Positions 1 through 9,137 of a DNA stretch of 64,000 nt are shown here, piece after piece; position 1 is the stretch's first letter; every line of letters starts with the position of its first letter. A model generated the notes under the pieces. The model worked only from the letters and a program-made list of their open reading frames with translations, had not been told where the DNA came from and made no database searches. The position numbers and the translations under genes are program-made. Origin of the DNA: Chloroflexota bacterium (GTDB taxonomy: Bacteria; Chloroflexota; Dehalococcoidia; Lucifugimonadales; UBA3495); the NCBI GenBank assembly GCA_009837355.1, contig VXTR01000056.1, positions 589 through 64,588 of the forward strand. The letters run 5' to 3'.

Positions 1-2
1 CG

Positions 3-788
3 CAGGCATGGACGGAACAGCTCGTAGAGGCGGCCGGCGTCAACCTACAACTGGTCAAGGGCGGCAGCGGTCCTCCCCTCATCATCCTGCACGGCGAGCT
101 GGGCCACCACGGATGGCTGCGCTGCCATCAGGCCCTGTCCCGGGACTATACCCTCTACCTGCCTTCCCATCCCGGCTTCGGCGCTACCGAACGCCAGGAT
201 TGGATTATGAATATGCGCGACATGGCCGGCTGGTATCTCGAAGCCATCGACGACCTTGACCTGTCGGGCGCCAACCTCATGGGCTTTTCCCTGGGCGGCT
301 GGCTCGCCGCCGAGATGGCCGCCATGTCCCCCGACCTCTTCAACAAGCTCGTCCTGGTCAGCCCCGCCGGCATCAAGCCTCCCGAAGGCGAGATTTACGA
401 CATGTTCCTCGTCGTCGCCAAAGAGTTCCTCACCGCCGGATTCCACGACACATCCGCCACGCCGGAGTTTTTGGAAATCTGCCCCGACGAACCCGACTCG
501 GAGCTGGCCGAAGCATGGGAAGTCGCCCGCGAGGAGGCCTGCCGCCTCAGCTGGCGCCCTTATATGCACTACGCCGGCCTGCCGAATCTGCTCCATCGCC
601 TGAAGCGCCTGCCCACGAAAATCGTTTGGGGGGAGGACGACGCCATCGTCCCCGTCAGCGCCAGCCAGGTTTTCCACCAATCCATCCCCGGCTCCACCCT
701 CGCGCTGCTGGACAACTGCGGCCACCACCCTCACGTCGAAAAAGCCGACGAGTTCGTCGCCATCGTCAAGGACTTCCTTTCGTCCTGA
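3..788 (+). CDS. alpha/beta-fold hydrolase (5' end runs off the window)
   Basis: The frame of ORF 207..788 stays open back to nt 3 (..PLIILHGELGHHGW..). It has an HG motif, a GFSLGG nucleophile elbow (GxSxG) and a C-terminal NCGHHPH histidine region. Confidence 0.85.
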   Translation, partial: QAWTEQLVEAAGVNLQLVKGGSGPPLIILHGELGHHGWLRCHQALSRDYTLYLPSHPGFGATERQDWIMNMRDMAGWYLEAIDDLDLSGANLMGFSLGGWLAAEMAAMSPDLFNKLVLVSPAGIKPPEGEIYDMFLVVAKEFLTAGFHDTSATPEFLEICPDEPDSELAEAWEVAREEACRLSWRPYMHYAGLPNLLHRLKRLPTKIVWGEDDAIVPVSASQVFHQSIPGSTLALLDNCGHHPHVEKADEFVAIVKDFLSS

Positions 789-823
789 CCACTAATCCCG
801 TCGCCGCCCATCAGGAGACCCAA

Positions 824-2122
824 ATGTTCATCGGATACTTCACCGAACGCCCCTACCAGGACCCCAAGTCCGGTTACTTCGGCGCTACCGGCAAGCCCAT
901 CATGGACCTGAGCGTCAGCAATGAAATCTACGACGCTCAGCTCGGCGCCAACCTTTACAACCGCTACCTGGACGAGAAAATCTACGCCGAGGAGATGGGC
1001 TTCGACGGCCTGATGCTCAACGAGCACCACAGCACGCCCTTCTGCATGGGCGGCGCGATGAACGTTGAAGCCTCCATCCTGGCCCGCATCACCAACCGCG
1101 CCAAGATTGTGCTGCTGGGCAACATCATACCCATCTGGGACGACCCCCTGTGGCTGGTGGAACAGTTGTCAATGATTGACATGATTTCCCGCGGCCGCCT
1201 GGTCTCCGGCTGGGTGCGCGGCACCGGCCGGGAGAGCGTGGCCCACAACGTGGAACCCCACTACAATTGGGAGCGCTTCAAGGAAGCCCACGAACTCATC
1301 GTGAAGGCTTGGACTACGCCCGGCCCCTTCCGCTGGGAGGGCAAGCACTACCACTTCCGCCACGTCAATCCCTGGGTGCGGCCATACCAGAGTCCCCATC
1401 CCCCCATCTGGCTGCCCGGCGTGGTGAGCCGCGACTCGTTGATGTGGGCCGCCGAGCAGCGCATCCCCTACATCATGCTGGCCACCGAGATGGAACCCAC
1501 CAAGCAGGCTTTCCAGCTCTACCACGACACCGCCGAGGAGCTGGGCTACGAATCCGGCCCCCAGAACATCGGCTACCTCTGGAAAGTCCACGTTGACGAA
1601 ACCGAAGAACTGGCCGAGCAGACCGGGCGCAAGTACGTCCAGGGGCCCAGCAATCCCTTCCTGGCCGGCAACGAGGGCACCAACAACCCGGCCCTGCTGC
1701 AGCTGCCCGGCCTCACCTCACGCCGGCGTGTGCTGCCCACCCAGGCCGTAGCCACCGCAGCGCGCGGCGGAGGAGCCGGGCCGGCCGGCGTGTTGGGTCG
1801 CCCCTACGAGCAGCAGATTGCCGACTACACCATCATCTCCGGCACGCCCAAGACCGTCATCCCCAGGATTCGCCACGTGCTGGAGACCATCCGCCCCGGC
1901 AGCATCTTCTTCTGGGATGGCGACGGCGCCATGACCCACGACGACGCCATGCGCAGCCTCCGCCTCATGGGACAGGAAGTGCTGCCGGCCGTCCGCGAAA
2001 TCGCTGACGAGCTGGAACTGCCCGGCCCCTTCGAGGTTGACCCGGCCACCGGCAAACCCTACGTGGCGCAGGTCAATGGCCCCGCGGCAGTACCGGAGGG
2101 AGCCACCACAGCGGACGACTAG
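824..2122 (+). CDS. luciferase-like (LLM class) flavin-dependent monooxygenase/oxidoreductase
   Basis: Start MFIGYFTERPYQ at ATG 824, with CAGGAG 7 nt upstream. Typical LLM signatures are present (GFDGLMLNEHHSTP, IVLLGN, SRGRL). The upstream part of ORF 515..2122 is Pro/Arg-rich junk. Confidence 0.85.
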   Translation: MFIGYFTERPYQDPKSGYFGATGKPIMDLSVSNEIYDAQLGANLYNRYLDEKIYAEEMGFDGLMLNEHHSTPFCMGGAMNVEASILARITNRAKIVLLGNIIPIWDDPLWLVEQLSMIDMISRGRLVSGWVRGTGRESVAHNVEPHYNWERFKEAHELIVKAWTTPGPFRWEGKHYHFRHVNPWVRPYQSPHPPIWLPGVVSRDSLMWAAEQRIPYIMLATEMEPTKQAFQLYHDTAEELGYESGPQNIGYLWKVHVDETEELAEQTGRKYVQGPSNPFLAGNEGTNNPALLQLPGLTSRRRVLPTQAVATAARGGGAGPAGVLGRPYEQQIADYTIISGTPKTVIPRIRHVLETIRPGSIFFWDGDGAMTHDDAMRSLRLMGQEVLPAVREIADELELPGPFEVDPATGKPYVAQVNGPAAVPEGATTADD

Positions 2123-2508
2123 CCCAGCTCGGCGATGGCCTCTATCTCTACGTCCAGCCCCGGCTCAGCCAAGGCGGTTATTTCCACCAGCGTGTTGGCG
2201 GGGTACTCGCCCTGGAAGTACTCGACGAACAGCGCTTCCTGCTGCTTGCCGTTCTCTCGCCACGCCGGAATGCTGGTCACGTAGGTGGTAATCTTCACGA
2301 TGTCCGACGGGGCGCCGCCTTCCTCCGCCACGATGCGGACGATGCGGTCCAGGGTAACGCGCAGCTGGTCCATCATGCCGGCGCCCTGCGCTTCCGTGCC
2401 GCGGGCGGTGCAGCCGGCGACGAACAGCAGGTTGCCCACTCTCACCCCTCGGCTGAACGTGGAGCCCGCAGGGGCAATGTCGGGATAATTCTTCCTGATT
2501 TTCTCCAT
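2119..2508 (-). CDS. RidA/YjgF/endoribonuclease L-PSP family protein
   Basis: 129 aa with a RidA-like pattern (GNLLFVAGCTA.., ..ITTYVT.., ..PANTLVEI..L..P.LDVEIEAIA). Confidence 0.85.
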   Translation of the reverse strand: MEKIRKNYPDIAPAGSTFSRGVRVGNLLFVAGCTARGTEAQGAGMMDQLRVTLDRIVRIVAEEGGAPSDIVKITTYVTSIPAWRENGKQQEALFVEYFQGEYPANTLVEITALAEPGLDVEIEAIAELG

Positions 2509-2551
2509 GGTTAGCCTCCGCCAAAGTTACGCGCGTGTCCGTGTCGGTAAC

Positions 2552-4207
2552 TCATGAGCCATGTGCTGCCAACAGCCTCGCCGCCGTTTCCCTGGCCTCA
2601 TCCATCGTTCCGACTATCTGGTCCCCAGGGACCCGTTTCAGGATGTCCAGCGCGCCAAGATTGCGGGCGGGCGGGCCGGAGAGGCCCATCACGATACAAT
2701 CAACGTCCTGGAGTATGGCCATGTCGATGAGCTGCTCCACCACCAGGGCGGCGCTGTCGTCAATATGCACGGTGTCCGAGAAGTTGAGGATTACGACCTC
2801 GTGGTCGCGGATGTCCTCTCCGACGGTGTCAATCAGCTTGCCGGAGGAGGCCACGGTAAAGGCCCCCCGGAGCGCCACCATACCCACCCGGGCCGAGAAA
2901 AGGTCCACGTCGTCATCCAGAGCGTCGTCGGCGCCGAAGAAAGTCTGGTCAAGTATCGGTACTGAAATAACGCTGTCCAGTTCCAGCCGCTCGAACTGTC
3001 GCGCGCTGGTCACCGCGGCCGCGATCATGCCCACGGCGACGGCGGCGACCAGGTCGAGGAACACCGTCAGTCCCAAAGTGAGCAGCATCACCACCAGGTG
3101 TTCACGCTGCACCCGGTGCATCCGGGCGACGAACCGCCAGTCTATGGTGTCCAGAGCCACTTTTACGAGGATCCCGGCCAGCACGGCGTTGGGTATCAGG
3201 GCGACGTATTCACCCAGCAACAGCACCATGACCGCCAGGATTCCTACGGCAATCATTCCGGAAACGAAGGTCCATCCACCGGCCCGAATGTTGGCCACCG
3301 TGCTTGGAGTAGCCCCGGAACCGGGCAGGCCCCGGATAAATCCGGTGAGCACGTTGCCCAGGCCCTGGGCCAGCAGTTCCCGGTTGGGGTAGTGCCGCGT
3401 CCGCGTCATTGAATCACCCACCAAGGCAGTGAGCAGGGTGTCCACGGAACCCACCAGGGCTATAACCATCGCCGGCTCGATGGCCCTGGCTATCGCGCCG
3501 GGAGATGTCTCCGGCAACTGGAACGTGGGCAGGTCCGTCGGCACGGCGCCGATGACCGGCGCATCAGTGAGCCAGAAAACGCCCAATAGGGTCCCAACCA
3601 CCAGCGCTACCAGGGTTGAGGGCAGGTACTTGTCGAACCGGTTGGGCCAGAAGAATCCCACCGCCAGGGTGATGACGGATATCGCCAGGGCGCTGACGCT
3701 GAAGTTGCTAATTATCTCCGTAAAGTTCCGGAGAGTTTCTATCGTGCCGCCGGACGCAGCCGGCACTCCCAGGAATGGCAGGCTCTGCCCCACTATGATT
3801 ATCACACCTACCCCGGTCATAAACCCGGATATGACCGAGTATGGGGTGTAGGTTACAAAACGCCCGATTCTCAGCAGGCCGAACATTATCTGTATCAGCC
3901 CGGCCAGTATGACTATGGTGAAAGCCTCGCCGATGTTTTCCGCGTGGGCCGCAACTATCACCGCCATGGCCACGGTCATCGAGCCGGTCGGCCCCGAGAT
4001 CAGCGACCTGGTGCCCCCGAAAACGGCGGCAAAGAAACCGACTGCGATGGCCCCGTAGATTCCGGCAGCCGGCCCCAGCCCCGCCGCCAGGCCGAAGGCC
4101 AGCGCTACCGGCAGACCTACCACCGCCGCGGTGACGCCCCCCAGGACATCGCCACGGAGGGTACGCAGGTCATACTGCACGTTGGGACGAGCTAATCGAT
4201 TCAGCAA
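2552..4207 (-). CDS. SulP-family anion (sulfate/bicarbonate) permease with C-terminal STAS domain
   Basis: Multi-TM SulP pattern (GDVLGGVTAAVVGLPVALAFG..) followed by a STAS-like tail. The first 18 codons of the listed ORF overlap tRNA-Leu, so the start must be downstream: TTG 4207 or GTG 4180, neither with a clear SD. The start is therefore uncertain. Confidence 0.8.
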   Translation of the reverse strand: MLNRLARPNVQYDLRTLRGDVLGGVTAAVVGLPVALAFGLAAGLGPAAGIYGAIAVGFFAAVFGGTRSLISGPTGSMTVAMAVIVAAHAENIGEAFTIVILAGLIQIMFGLLRIGRFVTYTPYSVISGFMTGVGVIIIVGQSLPFLGVPAASGGTIETLRNFTEIISNFSVSALAISVITLAVGFFWPNRFDKYLPSTLVALVVGTLLGVFWLTDAPVIGAVPTDLPTFQLPETSPGAIARAIEPAMVIALVGSVDTLLTALVGDSMTRTRHYPNRELLAQGLGNVLTGFIRGLPGSGATPSTVANIRAGGWTFVSGMIAVGILAVMVLLLGEYVALIPNAVLAGILVKVALDTIDWRFVARMHRVQREHLVVMLLTLGLTVFLDLVAAVAVGMIAAAVTSARQFERLELDSVISVPILDQTFFGADDALDDDVDLFSARVGMVALRGAFTVASSGKLIDTVGEDIRDHEVVILNFSDTVHIDDSAALVVEQLIDMAILQDVDCIVMGLSGPPARNLGALDILKRVPGDQIVGTMDEARETAARLLAAHGS

Positions 4208-4217
4208 GAAAAAGATA

Positions 4218-4302
4218 TGGTGGGGAAGGTGAGACTCGAACTCACACGCCCGGGGGCACATGATCCTAAGTCATGCTCGTCTGCCAATTCCGACACTTCC
4301 CC
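4218..4302 (-). tRNA. tRNA-Leu (anticodon TAG), class II, CCA encoded
   Basis: The reverse complement is GGGGAAGTG..CATGA-CTTAGGA-TCATG..GCCCCCGGGC..GTGAG-TTCGAGT-CTCAC-CTTCCCC-A-CCA. It folds into a full cloverleaf with a long variable arm. Confidence 0.9.
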
Positions 4303-4355
4303 GAAAGTACGGCAAAGGTGGTCAAACTCTCAACGAGTAGAAACGATTCGGGAGA

Positions 4356-4431
4356 TGGTGACCCGCCTCGGGGTCGAACCGAGAACCTGCTGATTAAGAG
4401 TCAGCTGCTCTGCCAGTTGAGCTAGCGGGCC
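4356..4431 (-). tRNA. tRNA-Lys (anticodon CTT), CCA encoded
   Basis: The reverse complement is GGCCCGC-TA-GCTC-AACTGGCA-GAGC-A-GCTGA-CTCTTAA-TCAGC-AGGTT-CTCGG-TTCGACC-CCGAG-GCGGGTC-A-CCA. Confidence 0.9.
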
Positions 4432-4477
4432 ACGAGACGCCAAAGGCGCAAAGGTAGGCTATCAACAACCCAAAGGG

Positions 4478-5722
4478 GTGTCAAGAAACCGGACTGGCGT
4501 CCCCTCACTCAACTCTGGGGCATGGTATCTTGAGAACGTGGCAATCACAGCGACAATCCTGACAGCTTTACTGATGGCCCTTGCCATGGGGTGCAGCAAC
4601 GAAGCGGGCGCCTCTATCGTTGAACCAAACTTCCCGGCCCCATCCCCCACGGCAGAGACAGGCAACCTGCGGCTGCTGCCGGCGCTGACTGCACGACAGT
4701 TTCGAGATCCCACCAACCTGGTCCAGGCAAAGAGCGGCCAGGCGCTGGTGGCCGAGCAGGCCGGGCGCATCTGGGTATCCAGCGGCCTGCGCCCCGACAA
4801 CGTTGCCGTCTCCGAGTTCCTGGACATCACCGACCGCGTGAACAGCCGGGGTTCCGAAGAAGGTCTGCTGGGGATGGCGCTGGACCCGAAAAACCAACGG
4901 CATATGTACGTGTACTACTCCGCCGCTAACCCACGCCGTTCGGTGGTTTCCCGCTTCACCGTTTCGGCGGACCTTTCCGACGCTGACCCGGACAGTGAAC
5001 TGGTGATTCTGGAAGTCGGGCAGCCCTATGCCAACCACAACGGCGGCCAGTTGGCCTTCGGGCCGGATGGCTACCTGTACGTGGGCCTGGGCGATGGCGG
5101 ATCAGCCGGCGACCCACGGGGCAACGGGCAAGATACGTCAACGCTGCTCGGATCGATCCTGCGCATCGACGTGTCCCCGGCCACCGCGGAGCGGCGCTAT
5201 GCCATTCCGGCGGACAACCCCTTCGCAAATGGCGGCGGGCGCGGCGATATCTGGGCTTACGGCCTGCGCAACCCGTGGCGGTTCAGCTTTGACCGGGACA
5301 CCGGCGAGCTATGGGCCGGCGACGTGGGACAGAACCGCTGGGAGGAAATTGACCTCATCCGGCGGGGCGGCAACTACGGCTGGAACGTGCTGGAAGGCAA
5401 CCACTGCTTCCGTCCCAGCAACAACTGCTCAAGGGAGGGAATGACGCCGCCGGTGTGGGAATACTCACTGGACGGCGAACCCTGCTCGGTAATTGGCGGC
5501 TACGTCTATCGCGGCTCCGCAATACCTTGGTTGAAGGGCGCCTACGTGTACGGCGACTTCTGCTCCGGCAAGGTCTACGGCCTGCGCTATGTTGATGATG
5601 AGGTAGTCGAGCATCGCCGACTGGCCGACACCGGCCTCCGCATCATGTCATTCGCCCAGGACAGCGACGGGGAGCTGTATCTGCTCACCCGGAAGTCAGG
5701 CATTTACCGCCTCTCCAACTAG
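4478..5722 (+). CDS. PQQ-dependent sugar (glucose/sorbosone) dehydrogenase family, probable lipoprotein
   Basis: Beta-propeller sGDH-type motifs are present (EEGLLGMALDP, HNGGQLAFGPDGYLYVGLGDGG, GLRNPWRFSFD, GGNYGW). The N-terminus has a hydrophobic stretch ending in the lipobox-like LAMGC. The start is uncertain (GTG 4478 versus GTG 4538). Confidence 0.8.
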   Translation: MSRNRTGVPSLNSGAWYLENVAITATILTALLMALAMGCSNEAGASIVEPNFPAPSPTAETGNLRLLPALTARQFRDPTNLVQAKSGQALVAEQAGRIWVSSGLRPDNVAVSEFLDITDRVNSRGSEEGLLGMALDPKNQRHMYVYYSAANPRRSVVSRFTVSADLSDADPDSELVILEVGQPYANHNGGQLAFGPDGYLYVGLGDGGSAGDPRGNGQDTSTLLGSILRIDVSPATAERRYAIPADNPFANGGGRGDIWAYGLRNPWRFSFDRDTGELWAGDVGQNRWEEIDLIRRGGNYGWNVLEGNHCFRPSNNCSREGMTPPVWEYSLDGEPCSVIGGYVYRGSAIPWLKGAYVYGDFCSGKVYGLRYVDDEVVEHRRLADTGLRIMSFAQDSDGELYLLTRKSGIYRLSN

Positions 5723-5731
5723 CCTGAACGG

Positions 5732-7084
5732 TTACACGGGCGGGGCCTGGTTCAGGGCGGCGATGCGTTCGCACCACTGGGCTGCGCCCAGCACCTGGCC
5801 TTCCTGTGCCCACGGGCCGCCGAACTGCACGGCCATGGGCATCCCCAGCTCGCTCAGGCCGGTGGATACCACCACTGTCGGCAGGCCGGCTGCGGTCCAG
5901 GGCTGCTGGAACGCCGCGTCGCCCGTGGTGTTCAGGTCCTTCGGAGCGGGAGCCGGCGTCGCCGGCGTCATCACCACGTCCACCTTAGCCGCCATCTCGC
6001 TCATGTCGGCGCGGAACTGACGGCGCAGCCGCTGGGCCTTCATGTACGTGGCGGTCGGGATAATCATCCCCATCTCCATGCCGCCGCGGATTCGTGGCCC
6101 GTAATCGGCGGCGCGGATGCGGTGATTGGCCTGGTGGAACGCGGCGCACTCCACGTTCATCACGATGCGCTGGAAGCTGTGCACCCGGGCGAAGCTGTCG
6201 GGCAGCGGCAGCTCCTCAACCTCGGCGCCGGCCTCCGCCAACTGGTTGGCGATGGCCTCGGTATGCGCCCAGATCTCCGGCGTGGCGTAGTCCTGGTAAT
6301 ACTGTCGCACCAGCCCGATGCGCGGGGGACGGTCGTGCTCGGCCATCTGCGCCACAAAGTCGGGCACCGGCTCCCGCAGGCTGCCGGGATCGTTGTCGTC
6401 CGCGCCGCTGAGCACCATAAGCATCAATGCAGCGTCGGCCACCGTGCGGGTCAGGATGCCCACATGGTCCAGCGACCAGCTCACCGGCGCAACGCCGTAG
6501 CGGCTGATGCGCCCGTAGGTAGGCTTCAAGCCCACGATGCCGTTGTAGGCCGCCGGCCGGCACGTGGAGCCGCCGGTCTGCGAGCCGAGGGCCGCCGGCA
6601 CCATCCGCGCCGCCACCGCTGCTGAAGACCCGCTGCTGGAACCGCCGGGCGTATGCTCCATGTTCCACGGATTGCGCGTCGGCGATGGGTCGGAGGTAGC
6701 AAATTCGGTGGTAACCGCCTTGCCCAGGATGATCCCGCCGGCCGACTTGATTTTCGCCACCGACGTGCCGTCAAATTCCGGTACGAAATCGGCGTACACC
6801 TTCGAGCCGCAGGCGGTGAGCATCCCCTCGGTGTAGAAGATGTCCTTCAGGCCGACGGGCACTCCGTGAATGGGGCCGAGAATTTCGCCGCGCTGGACTT
6901 CGGCCTCGCGCTGTCGGGCCGCCGACAGCACCGCATCCCGGTCGATGGTTACCCAGGCTTGCAGGTCGCCGTCCAGCGCGTCAATCCGCGCCAGCAGCGA
7001 TTCCGCCAGCGCCACCGGCGAGAGGGTTCCCTGGCGAATCTGGGCGGCGGCTTCCGCCACCGAAAGCTCATGTAGTTCGGGCAT
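5732..7084 (-). CDS. amidase-signature (AS) family amidase
   Basis: Start MPELHELSVAEAA at 7084, preceded by AGGTGGG. It has the GGSSSGS signature and the LKD lysine motif. The longer listed ORF (to 7207) runs through the upstream small ORF in another frame. Confidence 0.85.
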   Translation of the reverse strand: MPELHELSVAEAAAQIRQGTLSPVALAESLLARIDALDGDLQAWVTIDRDAVLSAARQREAEVQRGEILGPIHGVPVGLKDIFYTEGMLTACGSKVYADFVPEFDGTSVAKIKSAGGIILGKAVTTEFATSDPSPTRNPWNMEHTPGGSSSGSSAAVAARMVPAALGSQTGGSTCRPAAYNGIVGLKPTYGRISRYGVAPVSWSLDHVGILTRTVADAALMLMVLSGADDNDPGSLREPVPDFVAQMAEHDRPPRIGLVRQYYQDYATPEIWAHTEAIANQLAEAGAEVEELPLPDSFARVHSFQRIVMNVECAAFHQANHRIRAADYGPRIRGGMEMGMIIPTATYMKAQRLRRQFRADMSEMAAKVDVVMTPATPAPAPKDLNTTGDAAFQQPWTAAGLPTVVVSTGLSELGMPMAVQFGGPWAQEGQVLGAAQWCERIAALNQAPPV

Positions 7085-7094
7085 AATCCCACCT

Positions 7095-7274
7095 CTATTC
7101 CTGGAACAGCGGTTCCAGGTCAGGATGCACTTCGGCGCTGTCAACGTCGTAAATCTGCTGCGCCGCCGTCCGCAGGAACGATTCCAGTTCCACGGCGCGC
7201 TCCTCACCGAACTCGACGACCGCCCGCCGGCGCAGCTCGTGGTATATCTGCTCCTGGTCTCTGTTCTGACTCAT
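7095..7274 (-). CDS. small 59-aa protein coupled to the amidase (GatC/AtzG-like tail?), absent from the ORF track
   Basis: ATG 7274 is preceded by GAGGTG. The translation is MSQNRDQEQIYHELRRRAVVEFGEERAVELESFLRTAAQQIYDVDSAEVHPDLEPLFQE. The TAG stop at 7097..7095 lies 10 nt before the amidase ATG, and the amidase SD directly follows the stop. Confidence 0.55.
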   Translation of the reverse strand: MSQNRDQEQIYHELRRRAVVEFGEERAVELESFLRTAAQQIYDVDSAEVHPDLEPLFQE

Positions 7275-7330
7275 ATCACCGACACCTCGCTGTCAGGATT
7301 CTAAACGTGCCGAGCAATAGGGGCAACCCG

Positions 7331-8074
7331 TCAGTGGCCGCGCGCCAAACGGTCGGCCAGGGACTCCGGGAGGCCGGCGGCGCGTATCTTGCGTTGCGCC
7401 GTTGCGATGTCGTATTTGACGCGACGGTGTTCCAGTATGCCGGCGTCTCCAGCATCACTGTCGTACAGCAGGTACGACGCCCGCCAATCGCCGTCCCTGG
7501 GCTGGCCCACGCTGCCCGGATTGACGATGAGCCGACGGTTGGCGTCCAACAGCAGCGGCTCCGTCACATCCAGCAGCGCAACGTCGGCGCCGCCCTCGCG
7601 CTCAGTCCACACCAGAGGGTAATGGGAGTGTCCCACCAGGCAGAAGGATGTTGCCAGCAGCGCAAAGGTCGCGAGAGCTGCCGGCTCGCTGATGAGATAC
7701 TCCATCACCGGGTCGCGCAGGCTGCCGTGCACGTGGGTGAAGTCGCCCACGGTTTGCACTTCCGGAAGCCCAGCCAGGTATGCCAGTTCGTCGTAGGTGA
7801 GTTGGTAAGCCGTCCACAGCGCAGCGGCCCGCGCCGCGCCGTTGAACAGGTCGGGGTTGAGCTTACCGGTAACCGCGTGGTCGTGGTTGCCGGCGATGGC
7901 GACGTGTTGTAGCGAGCGCAGACGGGCGATGCAGGGGCCGGGATCCGCCGCATACCCCACCAAATCTCCCAGGAACCACACCACATGGTACCCGCCGCAG
8001 GCATCCGCGTCCGCCAGCACGGCGTCGAATGCCTCCAGGTTGGAATGTACGTCGGAGATGATAAGGGCGCGCAT
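7331..8074 (-). CDS. metallophosphoesterase (calcineurin-like / YfcE-type) family protein
   Basis: Start MRALIISDVHSNLEAF at 8074. Motifs DVH, GDLVGY, GNHD and VGHSH match the phosphoesterase metal-binding pattern. Confidence 0.8.
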   Translation of the reverse strand: MRALIISDVHSNLEAFDAVLADADACGGYHVVWFLGDLVGYAADPGPCIARLRSLQHVAIAGNHDHAVTGKLNPDLFNGAARAAALWTAYQLTYDELAYLAGLPEVQTVGDFTHVHGSLRDPVMEYLISEPAALATFALLATSFCLVGHSHYPLVWTEREGGADVALLDVTEPLLLDANRRLIVNPGSVGQPRDGDWRASYLLYDSDAGDAGILEHRRVKYDIATAQRKIRAAGLPESLADRLARGH

Positions 8075-8120
8075 GGGCGGTATGGTAGCATAGCGCCGCA
8101 CGTCGCAGGAGGATTCCACT

Positions 8121-9137
8121 ATGCCCAACCCCACCGTCCACGTCATTGCCACCGGCGGCAGCATCGCCGGCGTCGGCCCCGACCGCATGGACTACATCCG
8201 CTACCCCGAAATCGGCGACCATCTCACCATCGAACAGAACCTGGCCCGCGTGCCGGAGATCAGCGACAATTTCAACGTCATCGCTGAGGACATGGTCAGC
8301 GTGGGCAGCACCGCCATCGGCCCGGCCAACTGGATTGCCCTGGCCGAGCGCATCCACGCCATCGACCGGGACGAACCGGACACCGCCGGCATCGTTATCA
8401 CCCACGGCACCGCCACCCTGGAAGAAACCGCCTACTTCCTGCACCTCACCGTCAAGGCTGGCAAGCCGGTGGTAATCACCGGCGCGATGCGTCCGCCCAC
8501 CTCCATCAGCACCGACGCCGACCTGAACCTGCTGAACGCCTGTCAAATCGCCGCCACGCCGGAGTCCGCCGGCATGGGCGTGTTAACAGTACTTAACAAC
8601 GAAATTCACTGCGCCCGCGAAGTGTATAAGGCCAACACACTGCGGGTGGAAACCTTCATGCCCAACGAGCTGGGCTTCCTGGGCTACGCCGATTCCGACC
8701 ATCGCGTCGTGTTCTACCGCCGTCCCTACCGCAAGCACACCACGGACACGCCCTTCCGGGTGGACGGCATGACCGACCTGCCCCGGGTGGACATCGTTCA
8801 CGCCTACGCCGGCGCCGACGGGATGCTGATTGACGCAGCGCGGGCCCATGCAGACCGAACGGGGCAACGCATCGGCCTGGTGGTGGCCGGATTCGGGGCC
8901 GGCACGTTCCCGCCCACCTTCATCGCCGCCGCCGAGTCGGCCGTGGCCGGCGGTATGCCGGTGGTGCTGGCCAGCCGCTCCAGCGCCGGGCGGGTGGTGA
9001 TGACGCCGCGCAAGGACGAGCAGGGCTTCATCGTGTCGGACAACCTGATGCCCCAGAAAGCGCGCATCCTGCTGATGCTGGGCCTGACGGTTACAGATGA
9101 CCGGCAGGCCATTCAGCAGATGTTTTACGAATACTAG
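8121..9137 (+). CDS. asparaginase-family protein (divergent active-site motifs)
   Basis: AGGAGG lies before ATG 8121. The motifs read IATGGSIAG and GIVITHGTATLEETAYFL, where canonical enzymes have TGGTIAG and HGTDT. The overall asparaginase layout is retained. Confidence 0.7.
   Translation: MPNPTVHVIATGGSIAGVGPDRMDYIRYPEIGDHLTIEQNLARVPEISDNFNVIAEDMVSVGSTAIGPANWIALAERIHAIDRDEPDTAGIVITHGTATLEETAYFLHLTVKAGKPVVITGAMRPPTSISTDADLNLLNACQIAATPESAGMGVLTVLNNEIHCAREVYKANTLRVETFMPNELGFLGYADSDHRVVFYRRPYRKHTTDTPFRVDGMTDLPRVDIVHAYAGADGMLIDAARAHADRTGQRIGLVVAGFGAGTFPPTFIAAAESAVAGGMPVVLASRSSAGRVVMTPRKDEQGFIVSDNLMPQKARILLMLGLTVTDDRQAIQQMFYEY

Noticed and set aside
515-823. N-terminal extensions of listed ORFs. 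Examples: 515..823 for the LLM gene, 60859..61188 for the DASS gene, 30436..30861 for uvrC, 26323..26673 for the amidohydrolase, and 7085..7207 for the amidase.
   Set aside because: The extensions are Pro/Arg-rich, overlap the upstream gene or an SD-preceded small ORF, and precede an internal Met that has a proper SD and a family-typical N-terminus.
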